Source: Phoronis australis (taxonomy: Eukaryota > Animalia > Phoronida). From it: a DNA stretch of 64,000 nt. A program made the translations under genes and the position numbers. This document shows positions 53,584 through 64,000 of the stretch, piece after piece; position 1 is the stretch's first letter, and each line of letters opens with the position of its first letter. The notes beneath the pieces are model-generated. The model had not been told where the DNA came from. It saw nothing but the letters and a program-made list of their open reading frames with translations, and made no database searches. Where the stretch lies: contig NMRA01000022.1 of NCBI GenBank assembly GCA_002633005.1, forward strand, positions 1,503,036 to 1,567,035, given 5' to 3'.

Positions 53584-54912
53584 ACTATCCTCAAATCTGT
53601 GAAATTAACAAATGGGTTTAAAGGTACACACAACGACAAAGTCAAAATAAAACTCAGCAGTTTATAATTCGGCGCTTGGAATGACCAATGACAAAAAAGA
53701 TAGGGATATTTTCCAAGTGATGTATGGTTGCACAAATAAAAAGCCTTGCGTAATAGAAATATATTTTTGTTGTAAAAGTTCAATGGAATGAACATTTTCG
53801 CATGAATAAAGTCAAAATAAAAAAGACGAAAACAGAGGAAACTGGAAACCAAATAAGAAGAAATAGAAACCAAAAAGAGGGAATCCTCTTAAAAATATCC
53901 AAGCGCTGAAAACTTAGTGGATCAATTTTTATGTAGAAAAACTATCCAGTTTATACATTATGTGATGGTATGCACCTACTATTTAGAGGAAATATACTAC
54001 AACGTTTAAAATAAAGTTTTCATCACAGCTATAGACGAAGCAGCATTTTCTGCTGTTCAGCTGTCCGAAAAACTGACACGAAAACCTCACCATGCCTAAA
54101 CCTGGGTTTCGAAAATTTCATTGCCATGATAAGATTTTATTCCAGTTACAAAGAAGAAACGTAAGAGCGTTTAGGAGTCGCTTACGGCTGTCTATCCCTC
54201 AATTAAACTTGTTTAAACAGAAACACATCGACTGTGGGCATGTCTCCGTAACATGCCGTGATTTTCACGATCAGATATGGAAGTCATAGTTAATATCAAG
54301 TTTAAAACTTATTATTAAATTATTCTGTCGCTGCAATAAAGAATGGCCCGTAATACCAGCAACAACTGGTTTTAGTACAACTCTTCCATTAATCGTATAA
54401 AACGAAGGAGAACGCTGTGTTCTCATGTATTTGAGATTATCGCATCTGGTACAAGATGTGTAATCGTGCCTTATTCCTAGAAGTGGTCGCTTGAATTGTT
54501 CCAATTTATTTTAATACTTTGTTAAATGAGATTAGTCAGAAAAGGCGTTTTGCCCGTGAGAACGAGTTGTTTGGAGAATGTGAAACCCCAGAGTGTCTTG
54601 TTCCTGGGGCTTGTCATTACTGTAACTTACTATTGAATAACTGTTCGGAGTTTTCAGCTGTGTTACCAAAATCCGTGGTGAACAAATCCTTCTCTCCGAT
54701 TCTGAACTGTGACGAGAGAAATCGTGGAACACAGACCCTAAAACGGGTTTCCAGGGTCTAAAATCATGTACCATACGAATGAATAGAGTTTGTGCTCGAA
54801 TTATTTTTCTACCCAACGTCCGACTGTGTTGCTCCATTCAAATGCCGTTCATCAAGTTACTGTGAGGACGAAAAATTAGCACATTGCGTTTAACCACGTT
54901 TTTACAGGGTAT

Positions 54913-56646
54913 TTTTAGTCAAAGAGTCTGATGTAATTTTTCATGTTGTTATTGAAATGTGAAGTCTTTACATTAATTTATAATAACTGTTGTTTTCTTT
55001 ATAAATTGTTGATTGCATTTTTTGTTCAGTGGAGTGATTTGTAATAATTTATTTTGTTGAATTGAATGCAAAATTACAAAATCCTGTCTTCTGTGTACCT
55101 CATGAGGGGCCCACTTTTGACCAGTTAGTTTCAACTTATCAGAGGAGATCCACTCACCTAGGATAACTTGAACTGCACTATTACGCGCACCCAGGGGGAG
55201 GGGCGAAGTGGGTAAAAAGTCTGCCTCAGAGAAACAAAAAGTCCGAGAAAACCAGACAAAAGTCCACTAAAAAGGCGCAGACGCACAGTTCACAGACCTC
55301 GTTTTTTGTTAGCAACAAAAGGTCCACTTTGTCAGAGATTCTAGCCCCCCGGTATTAAAGGCTGAATGCGCGCATGGCACTAAAGCATTAGATTTGTGGC
55401 ACTTACTCCTGCAGAAAAAAATTGTCTTCTGATTTCAAAAAGTATCAATTGATGATACCTCAAAGGAAGGAAGAACAAACATAAACAGCAGAAACAGCAC
55501 AAGCAAAGCTTTAATTAATGGAAGTTTATTCTAAAAATAATGGTCTAACAAATTCAATATCAGGGAAAATTCTCTAACAGAAAAAAATAGCATTTACTAC
55601 AGTAACCTACCAGACACACCCCTGCCATCTATTGGTAACGACAATTGAATATTAACATTTCCAATTTTCAAATAGAAATTTGTTGCACAAAATCAAAATT
55701 GAAGCACCAGCCCGTTTTGAACATTACAAACCTGAAATGTACAAGTGGTGTTCATTTGAACTAAAATCCTATGAAGTCNTTTTAGTCAAAGAGTCTGATG
55801 TAATTTTTCATGTTGTTATTGAAATGTGAAGTCTTTACATGAATTTATAATAACTGTTGTTTTCTTTATAAATTGTTGATTGCATTATTTGTTCAGTGGA
55901 GTGATTTGTAATAATTTATTTTGTTGAATTGAATGCAAAATTACAAAATACTGTCTTCTGTGTACCTCATGAGGGGCCCACTTTTGACCAGTTAGTTTCA
56001 ACTTATCAGAGGAGATCCACTCACCTAGGATAACTTGAACTGCACTATTACGCGCACCCAGGGGGGGGGGGCGAAGTGGGTAAAAAGTCTGCCTCAGAGA
56101 AACAAAAAGTCCGAGAAAACCAGACAAAAGTCCACTAAAAAGGCACAGACGCACAGTTCACAGACCCCGTTTTTTGTTAGCAACAAAAGGTCCACTTTGC
56201 CAGAGATTCTAGCCCCCCGGTATTAAAGGCTGGATGCGCGCATGGCACTAAAGCATTAGATTTGTGGCACTTACTCCTGCAGAAAAAAATTGTCTTCTGA
56301 TTTCAAAAAGTATCAATTGATGATACCTCAAAGGAAGGAAGAACAAACATAAACAGCAGAAACAGCACAAGCAAAGCTTTAATTAATGGAAGTTTATTCT
56401 AAAAATAATGGTCTAACAAATTCAATATCAGGGAAAATTCTCTAACAGAAAAAAATAGCATTTACTACAGTAACCTACCAGACACACCCCTGCCATCTAT
56501 TGGTAACGACAATTGAATATTAACATTTCCAATTTTCAAATAGAAATTTGTTGCACAAAATCAAAATTGAAGCACCAGCCCGTTTTGAACATTACAAACC
56601 TGAAATGTACAAGTGGTGTTCATTTGAACTAAAATCCTATGAAGTC
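54913..56646. repeat. Near-identical ~867-bp direct duplication across an N (54913-55778 / 55780-56646)
   Basis: N at 55779, with scattered SNP-like differences between copies. Probably two haplotypes scaffolded in tandem. Confidence 0.85.
55180..55376. mobile_element. CATGCGCGCA-family MITE (duplicated at ~56047-56244)
   Basis: Same body as 20352-20600. GCACT on both flanks. Confidence 0.75.
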
Positions 56647-57194
56647 TGAAAATTAAATTATGCTCAAAATACAGCAGTTAACTAAACACAACACATGGTT
56701 ATGCATGATTTTGAACAGTGCTTAATCACAGACTCAATTTTAAATGACAGAAAAAAGAAAAACAAATTTTAAAAAGAGACAAAGAGATGGCTCTGCGAAA
56801 ATGACCAGCCCAATAAGCTGGAAACGAGAAATACAAAAATTTAGAAAAATGAAACACACTGTGAAAATACACTTTGGAGTGTCTACCAAAACTATGAGGA
56901 CCAGGTAGCATAAAACAATGTCAATTATTTAACGACAATTTCTACAGTACAAAGTTTAAATTGAGATTGTTCTTCAAAAGGGTAAAAATGCCAACAATAA
57001 AATATGGATTCATGCGCTCCTTTACGGCCAACTGTTTGAACCTGGCAAGATGGCATCATTCCACTGTCCAGAATCAGTGCATTCATGCAGGGTAAGATGG
57101 CTGTATTCTAGAGACCCAGAGGCACCATGAAAGGTCAGACCATTCCATTATCTAAAGCCAGGGGAGCTAGGAAAGGTCAAAATCATTCCATTCT

Positions 57195-60100
57195 CTAGAG
57201 CCAGGGGTGCCAAGCTGGATCCATGCGACATAGGTTGTCATGACTGTTGGCTGCAGCCACTAGGGTGCTGACACGACTCTCAGCGCCCTCAAATGTAGCC
57301 AAGTCTGAAAAAAACAGGAAAAATTACAAAATCCTATGTCACAAACACAGGAGCTGCTGAAATTTTTGAAACAATTGGGTACACTAGGTAACAATATCAG
57401 AGCAAATTACACCTAATTTGAATTTAGCCTATGCACTTTTACATTTAGGCACCATCTGGATAGTGATGATCTCAGTTCATGAGATAGAATTCGCAGACTC
57501 CTGCAAGTCATATAACAAAATTAATAACCCATAATAACCAGAATTCAGTAACTCAATTCAAAATGCCAAGTGGTCAGGCAAAACCATATATTTATCACTA
57601 GCTCCCATGCAGTTCAAAAATAATACTGTTGAATGTGCAACGCTCAGGCTTCAAGAAGACAACTGGGCAAGACAAGCCTGGCTGGACAGCTGGACATTCC
57701 TTCCCATCCTGCAAGAGCTACCTCACTGCCGTCAGATCAACAAGATATTCATGAGCTGCACTATATTCACAATTGAATATAGCACATCCATACCCCCATC
57801 CAAGGGGGGCAATAGGGGTTCTGTCATGACAAAAGATACTGCACTAGTTCCAAGAGTTTCCAACTCACTCTGTAGTCTGATGGAGATGGCACTAACAGCC
57901 TTGGTCACCATCTCAATCAACTGTTCACCCTCCATGTCGACTGGCTGACAACCTGGAGTTGTCTCCTCGTGTTTCTGCAATAACAACACCATAGAGTTAT
58001 CTAAGCTGCTTGCAACAAAACAGGGACACACTTTGAAGCTAACTGCAAAATGGCAGCATGAAAAGACACTATTACTATGATACTACACTGATGTAACTGC
58101 AATAGATATTATAATAATTCAGTTGGTGGCATAATTCCAAAAAACACAGGGGATAAGATTTCTTAAGAGTTGAATTTTCTACTAAATAAATGAAACTAAA
58201 TTACAGTTATAGTTAAGGGAATCCCAGACTCTTATCCTTACTGAATTGAACTGGTACAATGAAATATACATGAAAAAGTTCTCACAGAATTTCAAATTCA
58301 CTCAAAGTTCTGTTTATTTTAAATATGCGACAACAAATTTAATACTCAACACAATCGTGATCTCATATATCGCATGACCTTACATCAGGCTCAAAATATT
58401 CGTTTTTATTATTCAAAATATTTCACTGATTCACAAACACTGAATAAAATGCTAACCTTCTTATGCCACGTGATGTATTCATCTCTGAGGATAGCACGTA
58501 GGAAACTTGTCAGTTTGTACTGTGGCTGAACGAAGCATCGTGCCGCTGCCACCATTGACGCTGTCAGCGGTCCTGTGACCCCTGTCTGGGTCAGAAACTC
58601 GGCTATGTTGGGGGTCAGGCGGAAAGGCACAGGACGGTTGGCGTCCAAGTCTCCTGTAAATAAGATGGCACATTACATTCTGGACTAACTACTCCATGCA
58701 TCTGACTAACCAGTAAAGATAAGTAACTACTTTATGCATCTGACTACCCAGTACAGCTAAATAACTACTCTATCATCTGACTACCCAGTACAACTAAATA
58801 ACTACATTATGCATCTGACTACCCAGTACAACTAAATAACTACTTCATGCATCTGACTATCCAGTACAACTAAATAACTACTTTATGCATCTGACTAACC
58901 AGTAAAGATAGTTCAGCTGCCTGACTAACCAGTACCGCTAAATAAGTAGCGTGAATGTCTGACAAGCAAATGCAGCTAATGATCTAGGCAACGCATATGA
59001 CTAACCAGTAGAGCTAACAAACAAGTTTGTGTGTGTCTGATTAGCCAGAATAGCTAACCAGTTTGTATGTCTGGCTAGCCAGTCCAGCTAACTAACCAGT
59101 TTTTGTGCCTGATTAGCGAGTACAGCTAACTCATTTGGTGTCTGACAATTCAGTAACTAGTTTGTGTTGCTGACTATTCAGTACTATCAGCTAACAAACT
59201 ATTTTGTGTAGCTGACTAACCAGTACAGCTAACTAACTAGTTTGTGCACATGACTAACCAGTACAGCTAACTAGTTTGTGTGTCGGACTAGTTAGCGCAG
59301 CTAACTAACCACAGGGGTTGGAATGACCAATGACAAACAACGCGGAAACTTTTACGGCCCAAATCATGCCCGATAACCAGCCTTGAATGGTCGATGTGAA
59401 CCTTTCCCCGACAAAAATCAGGAGGACTAAGAAAAAAAAACAAAAAACGTTACCACCATCAGTAGCATGCATCTGCGTCCTTTTAGCTCGCCCGTCCGCT
59501 CCCAACCCACACATTTTTGGCTGCAGAGCGGTAGTATTTGTCGCCGCGCTTAACAATAACACAAGACGCTTTTGAAAATCCCACCACGCTGTCCCAGATG
59601 CCCCGGCAATGTTGACAATTTAAGTTCCTCCGAAACATAAAGAGCAACTTCCGCTTTTCGAGGTGAACGTCGTCTGCAACGCCGCGGTAAGAAAGGAATT
59701 TGCCGCGGAATTTTTATATCAAATCCGATTTTTTTACACGGAAATATTATAAAAAAAGCGGAAAGCACATTTGAAAAAAGCGGAAATCCGCGTTTCCGCG
59801 GAAAATTCCAAGCCCTGTAACCAGTACAGCTAACTAGTTTGTGAGTCTGACTAGTCAGTGCAGCTAACTAACAAGTATGTGTATGTGACCAGCCAGTGCA
59901 GCTGACAAACTAGTATGTGTATCTGACTGAACAGAGTTAACTAATTAGTCTGACAATGATCCAGTACAGATAAGGATGAATAAAAATTATGGAATACTTT
60001 AAGGGCTGAATTGTAACTTTCATATGAAATTGAAGTCCTTACCAACCATTGGCATACGAATAAAACAAGCAAGAAGACATCTGTGTACTACAATGACAGT

Positions 60101-63100
60101 GTTCAATATTGATGAAAGGCAGATTAACCTGAAACACTGGTATGGTGATCCCATAATCCAAACCTTGAAAGCTGACCAGTGGATTCCTCACCTACATTGA
60201 CCTTCCGCTCATCAACAATATCAACACAGCCCTGAGATTATCACAGAGCTGTAACATTAGTCAAACACACAACCTGTAACTCACCTGACTGGTCATCTAT
60301 ATCAAACTTGAAGTAAGCGACATTGAGGTAACCAGAGTCTTGGTGAAGGTACATCATGTCAGGGTTCATGCGAGTCAAATGAAGAACAAACTCGGCAAAA
60401 CCCTGCACCGCCAACTGGATGGTGAGCTGAACAAACATCAAAAATGAAAAAATAAGTAAAGCCTATTATACTGCTAATGGTTGGTGTAAATAAAGAAACA
60501 CAACATTGAAAAGAATCTTTAAAGAAGGGATGAAACAAAAGTTCCATAACCTCTTTCGACTGAATTATGTAAGAGTGGAGAGCATTTGCTGGTCAAAAGA
60601 CAACTAATTATGAGTAGAGAATGCCAACTATTACTGACAGTGCCTCAGTCTCTGAGGACATTTCTGAATACGAAGTTATCTCCATCAGTCACTCGACACT
60701 GGCAGTATGACAAGCTTCTTGACTTCCTAAAACCGCTCTGAGGTGGTGGCGTATTACAACTATTATTAAAATCTCTTGGTCTATTTACACCGACCTCTAT
60801 ATAGACTAGAGGTCGGTGTAAATAGACCAAGAGATTGGGACAAGCTTCTTAATAGACTACTATATTTGAAAAACAAGAGATTAACATTATTTATAAACAA
60901 GGACAGGGTATTGGCTCTTTTCTTCGAACTTCAACTCAAAATTATGTTTTAACATTTTTGGTTCTCACTCAAAGAAGAGTGTGAACTCCATGCATTAGAT
61001 GACCCCTACAAACTCTAGCTCAAACCAGACATTTCGAGTCATCAAGAGTGAACTAAGTTTCAACAATTATCCACATATAAAATATTGATAGGAAATAATT
61101 TCGTTCGTGTCATAGTATGTATTGACTTTTACTCATCAACTCAAAAGTCCATGGTATTTCAAGACAGACATTCAAATTCTAAGACTTAAGCCTAATACTT
61201 AAGATATACCACACTCGGGCAATTTCAAAGATTCGAGACAGAGCAGAAAGTTAGTAAGGGACTATGTCGTGAAACAGTCATGGCTCACATACAGGCCTTC
61301 CAACAGAGAGAGGGAGGGAGAGAGGGTGGCATGGAGGGAGAGCGAGGGAGAGAGCAAAAGGTATAAACTGTTGCACTATCTTAGGTTTGCTCACAAAAAA
61401 CTAATACTGTTGTGTGCTCAGTAAAAAGCCTGTTCCCCACACCCTAATTTACTGCAGCTTTACCGTTTTTCTGAATGTCCAATAGTCTGTGGCATCTTGG
61501 AACGTGTGAGACGCCCACTCACGCAGCAGTCCTCGAGGCACCATGTTGGCTTGCACCTCCTTGAGAATGTCACGTAACACCTGGTGGCTAGCCTGGGAAC
61601 CGCGTGCCTGTACGCTGGCCAGACGCTCATAATAGCGAGCTATTGGAGAATCATGCTCAATGCTTCGCTTGGCACATCGCTGAAATATCAGCACAATAAA
61701 TTCCAAGGGGTGTTGAATACAATTCCTGATAAACCAGACATAAGTGGCAGTTCACATGAGGGCTGTTCCAGCAAAATCTGTGTGGGAGGGGGGGAAGGCA
61801 ACTGAAATAAAAATTTATGGGTGGTTGCGTTTGATTTGAATTCAAAATGGCTGGTGGTCGTACTTCAAAAAATAAAAATTTACAGGTCGTTGTTGTTTCA
61901 TTGGGCCATAAATGTTTGATGGTGGGTAATTTTAGTAAATTTTATAAACAATCCGCACAGAATCAAAAAACTGAAACAAAAATGCAACTTGCAAAAAGCT
62001 CCGACTTTTTCACTCCCTCCGATCTCCTCATCAGCATGTCCATAACACCATTTAACCACAGGTGCTCGAATTTCTCGATGGCTATTAACCATATATAAGA
62101 AACATATGTTTTCTTAGTAATGAATGACGTTAGTGGTGATGGAGGAACAGATAAACTCAAGCGCCTGTGCAGTCAACCACAAGAACAAAAAAAATTACGG
62201 GTGGTTGCATTTCAAACTTATAAAAAATTACGGGTGGTAGGCAGAAGAAATAAATGAAAAATATGGGTGGTGGGTGCGAAAAAAGGTGCCTTCCCCCCCC
62301 CTCCCATACAGATTTTACTGGAACAGCCCTGAGTCAATAATGAGAGATCATTCATTTTAAAAATAATGAATTAGTAATGCAGCATTTCACAGAAGCTACA
62401 AACAAACATGGCTCATTTTCAAATATTTCTATCTAGACTTGCGCAGGAAATACTCAGTAGCCTTTGACAAGTTGAATTTTAACAGTAAATATCAACATCA
62501 AACTACAAATAAAATATAAAAATGATTGCTCGTAATTTCAACCTATGTGCCTCAGTTGCTAATTAAAATAGCTCCATAAATAATCACACTAGGGGGGATA
62601 AATTCGGTGTTGGATACATGAGATAAACAGCATAAAAATAAATAACAACGTGTGATTGGTCACCTGTTTATAAATGTCCAATAAGGAGACAGAGGCGGGG
62701 TTATCTTCTACCAGTCTCATCTGTGGCGAGACGGCTACGACTCGAGGGACAGTGAAATGAAGCAGACGACGAGATGTTTCCTAGAAGCAGACAACAATTC
62801 AGGGTATCACACCGCACAAACAGAATAGTCCTTCAGAATTTATTGTCTAATGAAAACACAAACTATCAATTATAGTTCAACGTTCTTTAAAATATTCTTT
62901 AAAGCATAAGAAGAAGTAATTTTTCAGTGTTTTGTCTCTTTTGAGGACTTCTTAGGCTCAAAAGAATTGCCAACACAACGAGTATTTTTCTGATGAAAAT
63001 GTAGAATGACACTAGTGCAGAGAGCAGAAACATGTCACAGCAGACACACACGCACATGAATGGTAGTAACACATATCAAGTTTTAGATGACCTTTGACCT

Positions 63101-63529
63101 ATAGGCCTGTGACATGCACAGATCATGATCTTGTGTGAGGATAGATAGTCATATACATAGTGAATGTGGTGAATAGGTAAAGAAGCAATGGTCATCCCCA
63201 TCGCAATTCCACACTTAGCAATAGTTTTTTGGTACAAAATGATAGCAGTATGAATAAGATATAACAAATTCTAGCAGGCAGAGGCAGTGACAAGTCCAAT
63301 CAACTTCACTCACCTTCTGTTTGCTCAAAAAGTGGTTTAACATCCTCAGTAGTTGCAAAACTCTCTCCTCACGTCTCGACTCTGACAGACACGCATCATT
63401 AACCACAAGGTAAGGGTAGATCTTCCCATTGTGTCCTCGGATGTACAGTCGTCGAGCAGCTGTGTTGTGCTTCTGAACAATCTCAACACGAGGCATGAAA
63501 CGGGCGATACGGACGTAGTAGTTACCCAA
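57195..63529 (-). CDS. TRRAP: TRRAP, 3' part (pseudo-PI3K and FATC domains); exons 63529-63314, 62780-62664, 61679-61464, 60426-60285, 58653-58457, 57974-57869, 57304-57195; continues beyond the window
   Basis: YYVRIARFMPRVEIVQKHNTAARRLYIRGHNGKIYPYLVVND..ESRREERVLQLLRMLN; ETSRRLLHFTVPRVVAVSPQMRLVEDNP; DANRPVPFRLTPNI; terminal DNLCRMDPAWHPWL*. Splice phases are consistent. Confidence 0.97.
58680..59970. repeat. Intronic minisatellite, ~33-40-bp units
   Basis: Many copies of tctgacta(a/c)ccagtaca(a/g)ctaa. The array shifts from an ataactacttt-atgca variant to a ctagtttgtg variant. Confidence 0.85.
59312..59817. mobile_element. hAT-like MITE inserted in the minisatellite
   Basis: TIRs caggggttggaat / attccaagccctg, subterminal GCGGAAA repeats, and TAACCA on both flanks. 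Confidence 0.75.
60770..60836. repeat. Perfect 30-bp-arm inverted repeat with a 7-nt loop
   Basis: aatctcttggtctatttacaccgacctcta-tatagac-tagaggtcggtgtaaatagaccaagagatt. Confidence 0.95.
61760..62329. mobile_element. PIF/Harbinger-type MITE in a TRRAP intron
   Basis: ~40-bp TIRs gggctgttccagcaaaatctgtgtgggagggggggaaggca / tgccttccccccccctcccatacagattttactggaacagccc, with a TGA 3-bp TSD. Confidence 0.85.
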
Positions 63530-64000
63530 CTGAAATGGAGATAATGCAAGAAATGTTACCTTAGAATTGAATTGATCCATTGAAAGTTACAACAGAGATA
63601 ATGAAGGAATTAAAGTTATGTTTCAAAGGAATTCTCAGAAATTCACTTCACAATTCACTCAAATGGCACACAAAAGCACGGAATGTTGTTAATGTTGATA
63701 GGTAATTTATTCACTAAAAGTGCACAATATGATGGAAAATTTTCACCTCTACTACTAGCAAGATTTTTCAGCAAATTTCTCGTAAAATAAAACCATGAAA
63801 TTTTCTTTCAAAAAATACAAAGAATGAGTACGTGGCCATTTTTTAGATCAGTCGAACTATAGCAAGCTCAAGTTTTCATTTGGGATCAGAAGACTTAAAT
63901 AAGATCATAAAGCAAACCCTTAATTCAAATGCAAATATCAAGACATAGACTAGTACTATAATATTGTCAAAAATCCTGCATCACACTAGAATGCAGAGAC

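Noticed and set aside
54913-56646. 867-bp tandem duplication as a real segmental duplication
   Set aside because: The junction is a single N, so it is most likely two alleles scaffolded in series. Long reads would be needed to claim otherwise.

Overview
AT-rich, intron-rich animal DNA. It is probably from a marine invertebrate (inferred from gene and transposon content), and the single-N gaps suggest a draft assembly. By manual splicing I reconstructed six genes: (1) a secreted PAN/apple + fibrinogen-related protein (3874-12770, +); (2) an astacin metalloprotease followed by four ShKT domains (22591-32729, +; likely signal-peptide exons near 16637-17228); (3) an SVOP-like MFS transporter with no coding introns (37931-39376, +); (4) sepiapterin reductase (44540-47387, -); (5) a C7orf78-like gene (51356-53583, +); (6) the 3' end of TRRAP (57195-63529, -). 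Introns and intergenic DNA are full of transposon debris: Penelope-like, Kolobok/THAP (two copies), P-element/THAP9, Tc1/mariner, Polinton integrase, and MITEs with 3-, 5- and 6-bp target-site duplications (TSDs). The most striking observation is a 305-bp non-coding insertion (33089-33393, -) with a 46-bp TSD whose 5' end matches the 3' cleavage product of a twister ribozyme, i.e. a candidate ribozyme-headed short retroelement. All calls come from reading the sequence by eye; no database searches were run.
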